Origin: Nanobdellota archaeon | GTDB taxonomy: Archaea; Nanobdellota; Nanobdellia; Pacearchaeales; GW2011-AR1 | Direction of reading: 5' to 3' | Assembly: GCA_018817905.1 (NCBI GenBank) | Contig: JAHISS010000087.1 | Span: 985-64,984 of the forward strand | DNA length: 64,000 bases | Shown here: piece after piece, positions 1 to 9,188 of the stretch | How the letters are laid out: the number at the start of each line of letters is the position of its first letter | Numbering within the stretch: position 1 is the first letter of the stretch | Notes under the pieces: model-generated | Told to the model about the DNA's origin: nothing | What the model saw: the letters and a program-made list of their open reading frames with translations, nothing else | Database searches by the model: none | Translations under genes and position numbers: made by a program

Positions 1-187
1 TATTATGTAAGAGGTGAGACCTTTTTCTATTAGCTTGTTAGTCAGTTGGTACATTAGAGTTCTGTCGAGGTTTGTTTTTTGTGCTAACGCGGTTGCTGTT
101 GTTTCCCCTAGTTCGAGGAGAGCTAAGTAAGTTTTTGCTTCCTTTTCTTCTAGTCCGTAGTTTTCTAGAGTTTTTTGGAGGTTCATT
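1..187 (-). CDS. TrmB-like HTH transcriptional regulator, N-terminal part (gene continues beyond window start)
   Basis: Reverse-complement translation from ATG at 187: MNLQKTLENYGLEEKEAKTYLALLELGETTATALAQKTNLDRTLMYQLTNKLIEKGL..., a typical TrmB N-terminal wHTH. Confidence 0.5.
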
Positions 188-214
188 GTTTTGTGAGGAT
201 TTTAGGGTTTATAG

Positions 215-237
215 TTGTTGTGATTTTATCACAACAA
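215..237. promoter_or_regulatory. Perfect palindrome TTGTTGTGAT-TTT-ATCACAACAA in the divergent promoter region between the TrmB-like gene and ORF 363..752; candidate operator
   Basis: 10-bp arms and 3-nt spacer read directly; lies ~28 bp upstream of the minus-strand ATG at 187. Confidence 0.4.
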
Positions 238-362
238 GTGTTTAAGTAGTGTTTGTATGACAAATTTATTATGATAACGGAAACAAAAAACACGAGAGAA
301 GAAGGGAAGAAGCTCATGCTTGGTGAGAAAACTGAGGTTGTGAAAGGAGGTAAGATGAGAAA

Positions 363-752
363 GTGACAATTAGAAAAATAATGAGCAGTGATTTAATGGG
401 TAAGGCAGTTATACTAAGTTTAAGTGGCTCGCTGCTTGCTAGTCCGATTAATTATGCGTTGAAGGTTATAGATACCGGGAGATTGAAAACATCTGAACAA
501 TCGCAAGTTTACCAAGCGAGGGCAGATGCGGAAGAACGAGCTCGTCCAGAGAACGTAGCTTATAGACTGCAACTTCAACACCTTGTTGATGTGGATGGGA
601 ATAACCAAGTAAGTCTTCAAGAATACGATGGATTTAGAAAAGTAACTGGAAGGAAACCGTATTTTGATAAATCTCTTGAGGAGGACTTAGAGGGCATGAA
701 TCCAAACGAAGTTAGGAATGCCATAGAAAAATATAGGAAAATGCCAGAGTAA
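363..752 (+). CDS. hypothetical protein (129 aa)
   Basis: Clean ORF with no recognisable motifs; Lys-poor composition unlike the housekeeping genes here. Confidence 0.4.
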   Translation: MTIRKIMSSDLMGKAVILSLSGSLLASPINYALKVIDTGRLKTSEQSQVYQARADAEERARPENVAYRLQLQHLVDVDGNNQVSLQEYDGFRKVTGRKPYFDKSLEEDLEGMNPNEVRNAIEKYRKMPE

Positions 753-811
753 TTTTGTACAAAACAAAATTTACTTTTAATTTTGCTAAATTCAAGTCGA
801 AGAGTTAGAAA

Positions 812-1339
812 CTAAGCAACATTAAAAACTTTCCTGAAAATAGTTGTGAAAATCATGCTGAAAATTATGTAAGCCCAGAACCAGCTGAGCAGGCCGAATA
901 TTTTTATTGGATTGGCTGTGAAGTAATCGTTAAACCATCTGAAGAAAAGGATAATTGGGATTGAGGTGTACATAATCGGTCTGAGCGTTATCTCAAATGT
1001 CCTTGGGATAAACTGGAGTTGTTTCTTCTGGAGCTCCATCATTTTTTCTGGGTGGTCTTTGTATTTTTTAATTTCTTCCTGAAGAATTTTTTGTTCTTTC
1101 TTTATTTGTCTAAGAGTTTCCTGGTCTGTCGTGTATTTTTGAATTAACGTGATGAAAAGGGAAATTGCGGCTGCAAAAAGCAAAATTCCGACGTTGGCGC
1201 TCCAGTTAAGAAGTTTTCCACCTGTAGGGTCAAGGATTAAATGAACAGACTGGCTAATCGCCGGAACTTTATTCCAAAACATCGCGATTGCCATGCTAAC
1301 AGCAACAACCAAAAACAAGGACCTCATTGATTTGTTCAT
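812..1339 (-). CDS. DUF106-type membrane protein (archaeal Oxa1/YidC/EMC3-like insertase homolog)
   Basis: Three hydrophobic segments plus a central charged coiled-coil (KKEQKILQEEIKKYKDHPEKMMELQKKQ). A DUF106 gene conventionally lies just downstream of secY-adk in archaea. Confidence 0.5.
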   Translation of the reverse strand: MNKSMRSLFLVVAVSMAIAMFWNKVPAISQSVHLILDPTGGKLLNWSANVGILLFAAAISLFITLIQKYTTDQETLRQIKKEQKILQEEIKKYKDHPEKMMELQKKQLQFIPRTFEITLRPIMYTSIPIILFFRWFNDYFTANPIKIFGLLSWFWAYIIFSMIFTTIFRKVFNVA

Positions 1340-1398
1340 TTTCTCTTTTGCATGGAAGTTAAGGAAAGTTAGTTTTTAAAATTATTTAATTTGGAGTT

Positions 1399-1722
1399 TT
1401 AAGCACCCTTCGTCTCAGCGTTTTCTGCGTATCTGGTTTGATTAACTATCTTGCTCTCAGGAAGATTCCACCGTGCCCAACACTCTGCCAAAGCATGCAA
1501 CGTCGAACTAACTTCTTCCAAATTTGTAAAGTTTCCTTCCAAAAAACCCCCAACTCTCATCGGATTTTCTCCAAAAAATTCTTGAGTGTCAAGCTCTACT
1601 CTTCCATTCCCACCTTTACCAGCAATACGATAGAGATATCTATACGGTTCTGTTCCAGCGACTACGTAGGAACATTCGTCCGGTGTCCATGCTTCTAATA
1701 TTCTGACTATTTCTGCCATCAA
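1399..1722 (-). CDS. hypothetical protein (107 aa)
   Basis: Clean ORF, Trp/Gly/Glu-rich, Lys-poor; no recognised motif. Confidence 0.4.
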   Translation of the reverse strand: MMAEIVRILEAWTPDECSYVVAGTEPYRYLYRIAGKGGNGRVELDTQEFFGENPMRVGGFLEGNFTNLEEVSSTLHALAECWARWNLPESKIVNQTRYAENAETKGA

Positions 1723-1880
1723 AGATTCACAAAACAGCCCTATAAAAATGTTTTGGTTAACCGAACATTTCTAAAAATCATTTTCGCATAAACCTTAACC
1801 GGGTTGGTGATAATTATTATTCAAAAAATTCCGGTGCAGGAATGCTGTAACCGAACATCTTTAAGAGGCGTTACATTTTT

Positions 1881-2249
1881 TCATTTCTTCACAAATTCAA
1901 CATTTTCCAAACCTTCGAATTCCTTATCGCCTGTCAAAAATTTGACGCCCATTTCCCTTGCCATTGTATAAGAAACGCAATCTGTCATTGACATCTTCTT
2001 CTTTTTGTTTTCATAACGAAATTTCATGGCCTTCTTTAGGATTTCAGGATTGGGAAAAATTATCGCAGGTTCAACTTCATCAAGTATTTCTTCCTTATTC
2101 TCGGCCTTCCCAACAATCAACTGGTAAGAAAACTCTGCAAATATAAAATCATTGATTATGATTTCCTTGTCTGTGTATTGGTCGTAATTTGGGTTTTTAT
2201 TTAATATCTCAATCAAAGCATAAGTATCGTAAAGAAACGTCTCAGTCAT
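1881..2249 (-). CDS. vapC: PIN-domain ribonuclease, VapC-like toxin
   Basis: ~120-aa acidic protein with a PIN-like N-terminus (LYDTYALIEIL), 8-nt coupled downstream of an AbrB/SpoVT-type antitoxin gene. Confidence 0.55.
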   Translation of the reverse strand: MTETFLYDTYALIEILNKNPNYDQYTDKEIIINDFIFAEFSYQLIVGKAENKEEILDEVEPAIIFPNPEILKKAMKFRYENKKKKMSMTDCVSYTMAREMGVKFLTGDKEFEGLENVEFVKK

Positions 2250-2463
2250 TGTACAAATCCTCTTCCATTTCTTTCATCAGCTGTTCAGTTGGTTTGGAAA
2301 ATTTATGCGCGCCAAATAATTTTCTTAAATTTGGTTTGTGTCTTTGTATGAAAATGGTTATTTCTTGTCCTTGAACTGCCTTGGCTTTTTCAATTGCTTT
2401 TTGAGGCACAACTATGCCGAACGAGTTTCCCCATTTTCTCAATTTCGTTTTTATCTCAATCAT
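2242..2463 (-). CDS. vapB: AbrB/SpoVT (MazE/VapB-like) antitoxin
   Basis: Motif KLRKWGNSFGIVVPQKAIE is the classic swapped-hairpin AbrB/SpoVT signature; overlaps the PIN gene. Confidence 0.65.
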   Translation of the reverse strand: MIEIKTKLRKWGNSFGIVVPQKAIEKAKAVQGQEITIFIQRHKPNLRKLFGAHKFSKPTEQLMKEMEEDLYND

Positions 2464-2612
2464 GTATAAACAATATAATTAGATTATATAAACTTTTCGT
2501 TTGTGTTCTTAGTAAAAAATCTATCCCTAAAGAATTCAATATTCTTATTTAGGAAAATTGAGAAATAGCTAAGGAGATGGTTTTTTAAATAGCTAATACA
2601 TTCAGATATCTA

Positions 2613-3311
2613 ATGGTAAAAGCGTTTAAGAAAAGAATTCCAGAGCTTGAAGAATTGTTTGAAGATGATAAAATTACTAAGAAATTTGTGGAAAGAGATG
2701 CCAAATTATTTTCTAGGAATGGAAGTTCATATCACAGAGTTAGTAAAGATATTATGACAAATATAAAAATTAAAGAAGGAAAAGTTTTGGATTTAGCATG
2801 CGGATATGGGGGTTTGATAGGGACCTTACAGGAGTATATGGTAAATAGTGATCTTGTTGGAATAGATGGTTCAGAATGGATAATAAAATTAGCTAAAAAA
2901 ACTATTAAATCAAAAAATATTAATTTTAAAGTTGCTCGAGCTGAAAAAATTCCATTTAAAGATGAGTCATTTGATTTAGTTTTATGTAGGGATTCAGTAC
3001 ACCATTTTAAAGACCCAATAAAAATCTTTAAAGAAATGTATAGAGTTACAAAGAAGAGCGGTATAATTTACATTCTTGATTTGAGAAGGGATGTTCCTGA
3101 AAAATTAATTTATGATGGTTTATTAGAGTTTTTCTGGACAAACCCCACCTTTACTACAGAATATCTTTACTCAATTAGGGCATCATATACAATATCTGAA
3201 ATAAGAAAAATACTAAATAAAATTAAAATAAAAAATTATTCATTACATAATTGCAGAGGGATTTCAGATTCCTATTTTAGAACCAGGTGGAAATTAATAA
3301 TTAAAAAGTAA
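2613..3311 (+). CDS. class I SAM-dependent methyltransferase
   Basis: Motif I VLDLACGYGG and the downstream acidic motif LVLCRDSVHHF. Confidence 0.7.
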   Translation: MVKAFKKRIPELEELFEDDKITKKFVERDAKLFSRNGSSYHRVSKDIMTNIKIKEGKVLDLACGYGGLIGTLQEYMVNSDLVGIDGSEWIIKLAKKTIKSKNINFKVARAEKIPFKDESFDLVLCRDSVHHFKDPIKIFKEMYRVTKKSGIIYILDLRRDVPEKLIYDGLLEFFWTNPTFTTEYLYSIRASYTISEIRKILNKIKIKNYSLHNCRGISDSYFRTRWKLIIKK

Positions 3312-3321
3312 ACAGTCAGAT

Positions 3322-3502
3322 GAGGCTGTCCGACAATACAAAACCAACCCGAATAAATTCATTCTAACAACCTATAAAAATTAGGTGTTAAAAAGACTTA
3401 TCTCCACACGAAATAAAAGATTAGTGTAAATCACAAGCTGAATGTGAACTATTTTAATCAAGGAATCGTCCCTAAATTTTGACTGGATTGTCGGACAGCC
3501 TC
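3322..3502. repeat. 16-bp perfect inverted repeat (GAGGCTGTCCGACAAT / ATTGTCGGACAGCCTC) bracketing a ~150-bp AT-rich segment; MITE-like or structured element
   Basis: Arms at 3322-3337 and 3487-3502 are exact reverse complements. Confidence 0.45.
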
Positions 3503-3572
3503 AAGCAATCATTTACTCTTAACCCGAACATTTCTAAGAAATCTTACACTTACAGAACATCTTGTTAATCAA

Positions 3573-4970
3573 TCACCCCATAAACTTTCTTAACGCGGGA
3601 TGCATATCAACTGCGTGTTGTTCTGCAATTCCTTTGTAAAGGTTGTACATAATCATTACCGCGAGCAAGATTGAAGTTCCGCCGGTAAGTGCGCCGAGCA
3701 AGTCTGCTGTTGAAGCAAGCAGGCCGATTGCCAGGCCGCCCATAATTGTCAAAGGCATTATGTATCTTTTCAAAATTGATTCTATAACTCGCGGGTCTTT
3801 TCTAAATCCAGGCAATTGCAGACCAGAACTAAGAATGTTTTTTGCCTGACTTGATTCGTCCATTCCAGAGGTCTTGACCCAGAACACTGCGAAGATTGCT
3901 GCGAAAATCATGTAAAACAAAAGATGGACGACTGCCTGCAAGATGAATCTTGATTGCATACTTCCACGAATTATCGCTTCAACAAGATTTGTGCTGGAAA
4001 TCCAGTAGGCAAAACCAGAAATTGCCGTGCCGTCGACGAAATTCCCAATGAAAGTTGGATGGCCGAGCCAATTTTGCAGCAAGTTTCCGAACAGCTGAAC
4101 ATTTGCAGAAAGGGCTGCGACCAAAATAACTGGAATAACGCTTGAATAGAAAAATGCAAGAGGCCATTTGACGCTGTAGCCGCGGATTCTTTCGTAAGTT
4201 AATGGGATTTCTACTTTTAGAGATTGTGCCCAGACAACGCCGAGGAAAATTACTACTGTTACGGCGATTGCTGCGATTGCAGAAAGTGCGTCGCGCGGCG
4301 CTCCGTTTATCACTGCCTGAATAATCACAAGTGCGTTTCCAGAACAAGGAGTGCCAGCAAAATCAAACAAACAGTTTTCTCCTGTCGGACCGATGAACTG
4401 GAACAATCTTGCAAAAAGAGTCCATGCAACTCCGGCAACAATGAAAAGCGAGACGCCGCCGCCGTTCTTGAATCCATATTTTTGCAAAACTTCATCCATG
4501 TACATTATTGCCAAGCCACCGAGAATTAACTGAAAGATTAAGATAATTGTAAAACCAGGAGCTGCTTGCAAACCGCCCATCACGACATAAACAATTGCTT
4601 CAAAAACAATGAAGAACAAAACGCCTACTTTTTGCAATCCCTGAAAGCGCCTTTTTCCTTCTTCGGTTTTTGTGTCAATGTTAAGAATTCCTGAGCCAGC
4701 AAGAAGCTGTAAAATAATTGATGACATAACTATTGGGCCAATCCCTAAACTAATTATGCTTCCAAACTGCGAGGCGAGAATAACTTGCAAAAATTCCAGA
4801 TTGCCGAGCGCGTTTTTTGACAAGCCGTAAAGGTCAATGTTCGCTAAGACGAAAAAAGCTGAAAGAATAATCAGAGTCCATTTTAGCTTTATGTTGAACG
4901 AAAGCTTTTTCTCTATAGGTTTTTTAACTTCTGGAAAATTGTACAACAGGGTTTGTATGTTGAGTGGCAT
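3573..4970 (-). CDS. secY: preprotein translocase subunit SecY
   Basis: 465-aa polytopic protein (10 TM) with a SecY-typical N-terminus; conserved position downstream of L15 in the cluster. Confidence 0.95.
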   Translation of the reverse strand: MPLNIQTLLYNFPEVKKPIEKKLSFNIKLKWTLIILSAFFVLANIDLYGLSKNALGNLEFLQVILASQFGSIISLGIGPIVMSSIILQLLAGSGILNIDTKTEEGKRRFQGLQKVGVLFFIVFEAIVYVVMGGLQAAPGFTIILIFQLILGGLAIMYMDEVLQKYGFKNGGGVSLFIVAGVAWTLFARLFQFIGPTGENCLFDFAGTPCSGNALVIIQAVINGAPRDALSAIAAIAVTVVIFLGVVWAQSLKVEIPLTYERIRGYSVKWPLAFFYSSVIPVILVAALSANVQLFGNLLQNWLGHPTFIGNFVDGTAISGFAYWISSTNLVEAIIRGSMQSRFILQAVVHLLFYMIFAAIFAVFWVKTSGMDESSQAKNILSSGLQLPGFRKDPRVIESILKRYIMPLTIMGGLAIGLLASTADLLGALTGGTSILLAVMIMYNLYKGIAEQHAVDMHPALRKFMG

Positions 4971-5118
4971 GTTATGGAAAGATTATAGAAAGAGGGTTTT
5001 AAAAGATTTGCCTGACTCCATTATCTCCCACGTGTTCATCGGAGATACTGGAAACAAGAAATAGATTTATATACTAAAGTGTCAGTATATTATTAAATAA
5101 ATGGGACTGTGTTAAAAA

Positions 5119-5394
5119 ATGGATAATCCAACATGGAGTGATATTTTCTCGTCTAATGACGTTTCATTAATAGTTGGTAAACAGCAGATGGAAGGATTTG
5201 TTAATGACTTAGGTAATGAGAAAGATGAAAGCGGATTTTTAATAGACTCAAATGATAAAAAGAGAGTGATTTCACAAGACGAGGATGAAATTAAACTAAA
5301 AGAATTGGGGAGCATTTCTTCTGGTTCTAAGATTTTTATAAAAGATAATCTTGCAAGTTATGCGGAGTTCTTAGCCCAGAAAAGAAGTTTGTAG
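5119..5394 (+). CDS. hypothetical protein (91 aa)
   Basis: ORF in the accessory insertion between secY and rpl15; acidic. Confidence 0.35.
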   Translation: MDNPTWSDIFSSNDVSLIVGKQQMEGFVNDLGNEKDESGFLIDSNDKKRVISQDEDEIKLKELGSISSGSKIFIKDNLASYAEFLAQKRSL

Positions 5395-5396
5395 CG

Positions 5397-6263
5397 ATGA
5401 CTGACGTTGTTTCTGTTGTCTTAGCTATTAAAAGTGTTTGGGAAGCAATAAAAGGAACACGAGAGTTAAAAAAAGTTGACCTGCCTTTAGCAATGAACGG
5501 AGAAGCTAGAAAAGATTTTCTAAACAACAATCCCAATTCTACCATAATCAATATAGCCGGTAATTGTTATATCGGAGATAAATCTCAAATAACTCAAGAA
5601 GAAAAGGATAAACTGAAAGAAATTTATAATCCAACAACACAAAGTGAAAAAAATTATGATATAATAGATACTGATTTTTTTGGAAGAATTCAAGAGTTCA
5701 AAAAAGAGCTTCCAGATAACAAGTCAATTAATCCTTTTCTTAAATTTCTTGAGCATGATTTAAGAACAATCTTGAATCTATCAATTTATTCAAAAAAACT
5801 GTTTGATAATAAAGAAGGAGAAAAAGCTCAAAAAGTTAGAGATGATATTGGTAAGCAGTATGGAAAAGGTGGAAGAAAACTTTGTAATTTATATCTTTCG
5901 GGTTATATAGATGGTATGACTGAATTCCTCATACAAGAATATGGGGACAACTTAGAAAAGGTGAAATCAGATATAAACAACAAAATAAGAAAATTTGTTG
6001 AAGATTCCGACTATATTTTTTTCGTACATTCCAGCTCAGATGAAAACCACATATTAAACAATATCCTAGAGTGTATTAATCAGGGCAGACCATACATCGC
6101 AATACATGGCGCTGGACCCACAAATATAAAAAAAGTCAGGAACATAATCTCAAAAATAGAAGGAGAACTTTCCAGTTTCGGATATGATAAAAATGAAGAT
6201 AATAAAAGAACACTTTCGCTCTGCCCTTTACTATACGTGTATTTGACAAAAAAGAAGATTTGA
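5397..6263 (+). CDS. hypothetical protein (288 aa), accessory-island gene
   Basis: Long clean ORF coupled to the upstream 91-aa ORF; no recognised motif. Confidence 0.45.
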   Translation: MTDVVSVVLAIKSVWEAIKGTRELKKVDLPLAMNGEARKDFLNNNPNSTIINIAGNCYIGDKSQITQEEKDKLKEIYNPTTQSEKNYDIIDTDFFGRIQEFKKELPDNKSINPFLKFLEHDLRTILNLSIYSKKLFDNKEGEKAQKVRDDIGKQYGKGGRKLCNLYLSGYIDGMTEFLIQEYGDNLEKVKSDINNKIRKFVEDSDYIFFVHSSSDENHILNNILECINQGRPYIAIHGAGPTNIKKVRNIISKIEGELSSFGYDKNEDNKRTLSLCPLLYVYLTKKKI

Positions 6264-6399
6264 TTTAGAAGTTTATAACATTTCGCTGGTTCAATCTGTT
6301 TCCTTATGTAACTTTTCCATTTAAGAAAATACCTGTCTTTTACCAACTGCTTACGCAACAATGTAGCCTGACTCTAATTTCATGAAAGAATAAACGTAA

Positions 6400-6990
6400 A
6401 CTACCGAGGGCTAAAGCCCTCAGCGTTTTAAGTTGAAAAATCAACAATTCTTTTTTGCATATCTTCGACAAGTTTAGGGGCTGAAGCCCTTTCCCAATGC
6501 TTGTCTTGACAGTCTTCAATGTAGTGCTTCATCGTCTCTTTGTTCACAGCACCGACGCTGCGGTAGAAATGTCCTCCACTCCAAAACTTATTTCCCCACA
6601 GCTTGTTTTTGAAAAGAGAGCTAAAGTGTCTTCGCATCTTGAAAGAACTGTAACCTTTGATTTGTCTGACAAGTTCTATCTCGCTGACAAATCTTACATT
6701 CGCAACAAACAAATGCAAATGATCTGGTCCAAAATTGTATGCAACCAAAACAACTTTCAGTTCATTTAACTTTTCCAGAATGCATGCAAAAGTTAATTCT
6801 GCAACTTGCTCATCTCGAAAAATCTGTCTTCGAAAAGCAGGAGTTAGCTGAATGTGAAAGTTGCTTTCACCGATAGCATTACTGCTCAGAATCAATTCCT
6901 TTTCCATTTTCACCTCCCGTAAGATTTAATTACGAGCAAGGCTACAGCTAACTGCTACGTGCAATGAGCTACAACCAGCTCATTGCTTAT
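6400..6990 (-). mobile_element. IS200/IS605-family insertion sequence (tnpA only) with subterminal hairpins
   Basis: TnpA ORF flanked by hairpins GAGGGCT-AA-AGCCCTC (6406-6421) and GCAATGAGCT-ACAACC-AGCTCATTGC (6961-6986). Boundaries approximate. Confidence 0.65.
6428..6913 (-). CDS. tnpA: IS200/IS605 family Y1 (HuH) transposase TnpA
   Basis: HuH motif HLHLFV, IKGYSS and LWGNKFWSGGHFYRSVG are hallmark IS200 TnpA motifs. Confidence 0.85.
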   Translation of the reverse strand: MKMEKELILSSNAIGESNFHIQLTPAFRRQIFRDEQVAELTFACILEKLNELKVVLVAYNFGPDHLHLFVANVRFVSEIELVRQIKGYSSFKMRRHFSSLFKNKLWGNKFWSGGHFYRSVGAVNKETMKHYIEDCQDKHWERASAPKLVEDMQKRIVDFST

Positions 6991-7320
6991 GTTCATTCAG
7001 ATTAGAAAAATATTACTGACTCGCTTTTGCGTCGTTGAAATTCAATCCGAGGGTTAAAACCTCACAGGGTTTCTTTCAACTGGCTCGTCCTAAAAACCAG
7101 ATTTGATTAATGATAATTATAGGTGTGGAATGAGAGATTAAAGTTTCTTTTCGTTATGACGGCAAGAATTATTTTCAATAAAGCCTCTGTCTGGGCCACA
7201 TCTTAGGACAAAGATTAATAGATAAGCCTTGTTCGGAGTTGATGGGTAGGGAGGTTATCTTTTTCTTTATTCCGAGGTCCAACACTTTGGCATCAATAAA
7301 CTGCCCAACCACGATAGTCG

Positions 7321-7357
7321 TCTGGTTTATGAGATAATCATTTGGTGCTGGTGGTGG
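7321..7357. repeat. Copy 1 of dispersed motif TCTGGTT(T/G)AT(G/A)A(G/T)ATAATC(A)TTTGG-G-rich
   Basis: 24 bp identical to 33952-33975 (TCGTCTGGTTTATGAGATAATCAT); similar copies at 36251 and 44367. Confidence 0.6.
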
Positions 7358-7379
7358 AACATATTTTTATTCAAGATAA

Positions 7380-7772
7380 TTATTTCCCAGAAACCAAAAT
7401 TTCCCCGCCGGCTTTTTTAACTTTGTCAATTGCCGAACTTGAAGCTGCGGACGCTTTTATTGTCAGCTTTTCCTTTACTTCGCCAAGTCCGAGAATCTTG
7501 TAACCCTTGAGTTCGATTTCTTTTTTACCTTTGAACTTTTCCACCAGGTCTCTCAAGTTTATTGTTTTCAGTTTTTTAGAGGGTTCTTTTCTCAAAGTTT
7601 TGTCTTTTCCAAAAGGATATTTGATTAAATTCTTTTTCTGGTCTGCTCGTTTTCCAGTTCCTGCTTTTCCAACTCCTCCCCTGTTTCCAGAACCTCTGGC
7701 TTTTTTCTTAAATCCTCTTGCAGCTGTGTGCGAACCGCGATGCCTTGTGTTTTTCTTTCTTTTTTTATTCAT
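7380..7772 (-). CDS. rpl15: 50S ribosomal protein uL15
   Basis: N-terminus KNTRHRGSHTAARGFKKKARGSGNRGGVGKAGTGKR; conserved position before secY. Confidence 0.9.
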   Translation of the reverse strand: MNKKRKKNTRHRGSHTAARGFKKKARGSGNRGGVGKAGTGKRADQKKNLIKYPFGKDKTLRKEPSKKLKTINLRDLVEKFKGKKEIELKGYKILGLGEVKEKLTIKASAASSSAIDKVKKAGGEILVSGK

Positions 7773-7947
7773 CTTCTTCCTCTGGCTGCATTGCTAAAAC
7801 ATTTTCAGCTTCTTTTTTTTCAATCATATCTTCTGGAACTTTAGCAAAACTTTCAATTGCCTGGCATTCCTCGCATTCTTGCGGAGGATACTGGCCGTAT
7901 TCGACGTTTCCGCATTCGCATTCCCACATGAAACCGTCTTTTGACAT
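7765..7947 (-). CDS. small rubredoxin-like zinc-ribbon protein (60 aa), inserted between rpl30 and rpl15
   Basis: WECECGNVEYGQYPPQECEECQ gives a CxC...CxxC knuckle pair; overlaps rpl15 by 8 nt and rpl30 by 1 nt. Confidence 0.5.
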   Translation of the reverse strand: MSKDGFMWECECGNVEYGQYPPQECEECQAIESFAKVPEDMIEKKEAENVLAMQPEEEDE

Positions 7948-8369
7948 TACAACATCCTCCTAACCAAATCATTTATTTTCTCTTTGTTGTCTCCGAGAAC
8001 TGCCTTGCTGCTTGTTCCGAAATGTTTCTTTGAGTCTATTCCTCCTCTTGGCGGATGCAGCCTGAAAAAAGATTTTAAGCCTAAATCGTTCAATGATTTT
8101 TTGGCTAATCCTTCAACAATTTTCTCAGCGCTGATTTTATCTCCAGCTTTAATCGGTTGGCCTCTTTCCTTTATTAGTTGAACAAGAGTTTCTTTGTCTA
8201 TTGTTCCGTATGCGACATAGCTCCTTATTTTTTTTAAGAGTTTCAGATTTTCTTTAGTTGGCGCAAGAAGAACTGCAGAATACTTTCTTCTAAGTTTAAT
8301 TCTGAACAGGGTTTCTGTTACTTCCTTTGGAATTTCTACTTGGCCTGATATTCTTATTGTTAAAATCAT
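7947..8369 (-). CDS. rpl30: 50S ribosomal protein uL30
   Basis: MILTIRISGQVEIPKEVTETLFRIKLRRKYSAVLL is archaeal L30-like; operon position. Confidence 0.85.
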   Translation of the reverse strand: MILTIRISGQVEIPKEVTETLFRIKLRRKYSAVLLAPTKENLKLLKKIRSYVAYGTIDKETLVQLIKERGQPIKAGDKISAEKIVEGLAKKSLNDLGLKSFFRLHPPRGGIDSKKHFGTSSKAVLGDNKEKINDLVRRML

Positions 8370-9187
8370 TATGTCCTCATCTTTGTTGTTTTTTCAAGAG
8401 CATTGACGCATGCTTTTGCTAAATTGAAAGTTGTTTTTGTTTGTCCCTGCGTTTTTGTGTAGGCGTCTTTGATTCCTGCGAGTTTAAGGATTTTTTTGCA
8501 TTCGTCTCCTGTGACCAAGCCGGTTCCGCGAGGCGCTGGCCAGAGAGTAATTTTTACACTGCCTGATTTTCCCTGAACTTTGAACGGAACTGTGTGGGGA
8601 ATGCTGTCTTCTTTTTCATCTTCTGGAGATTCAAAACCAAGGTTAATTTTTATGAGGTTTAGTTTTGAGTTCCTAACTGCTTTTTCCCTTGCTGGCAGGG
8701 TTTCGCTTGCCTTGCCAAAACCAACTCCAACATGTCCTTTTTTATCTCCAGCAACTGCCATTGCAGAAAATGAAACAACATTTCCCTCCTGGGTTTTCTT
8801 TTGCGTTTGCCTCCACGCTCTTCTCTTGCCTCCGCCAAATTTTCCCTTTGCCTGACCAATTAAAATCAGGTCTGTCTCAATATTCAAAAGCGAATCAACA
8901 ATTTCTGATTCTAAAATCTTTTTTCCTTTTTCTAAAATCTTGTCAATGTCTTTTTCTTTTTTTTCTTTTACTAATCTTCCAAGATTGGTTTTTGGAACCC
9001 ATGCAGCTAACAGCACCTTAGGATCTTCCCTCTGAAATCTCCCATCTCTCCGGCCGTATTGTTTTTTTGAATTTTCTGTTTTTTCTGGCTCTTCTGTTTT
9101 TTCTGTTTCTTTCTCTAACTTTACAACTTCTTCTGGTGTTGCTTCAACAAGATCTTTTGGTTCGTTTTTTGTTTCTTTTTCTGCCAT
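8369..9187 (-). CDS. rps5: 30S ribosomal protein uS5 (with KE-rich N-terminal extension)
   Basis: S5 dsRBD/C-terminal motifs; operon position. Confidence 0.9.
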   Translation of the reverse strand: MAEKETKNEPKDLVEATPEEVVKLEKETEKTEEPEKTENSKKQYGRRDGRFQREDPKVLLAAWVPKTNLGRLVKEKKEKDIDKILEKGKKILESEIVDSLLNIETDLILIGQAKGKFGGGKRRAWRQTQKKTQEGNVVSFSAMAVAGDKKGHVGVGFGKASETLPAREKAVRNSKLNLIKINLGFESPEDEKEDSIPHTVPFKVQGKSGSVKITLWPAPRGTGLVTGDECKKILKLAGIKDAYTKTQGQTKTTFNLAKACVNALEKTTKMRT

Positions 9188-9188
9188 T

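Noticed and set aside
2464-2612. Near-palindrome ATATAATTAGATTATAT in the vapB/methyltransferase divergent region as an operator
   Set aside because: Imperfect and essentially TATA-box-like AT-rich sequence; insufficient to call.
3643-4533. Several ORFs antisense or within secY (3643-3849, 3979-4347, 4224-4529)
   Set aside because: They are embedded in the well-supported secY frame; Cys/Arg-rich artefacts of its reverse complement.
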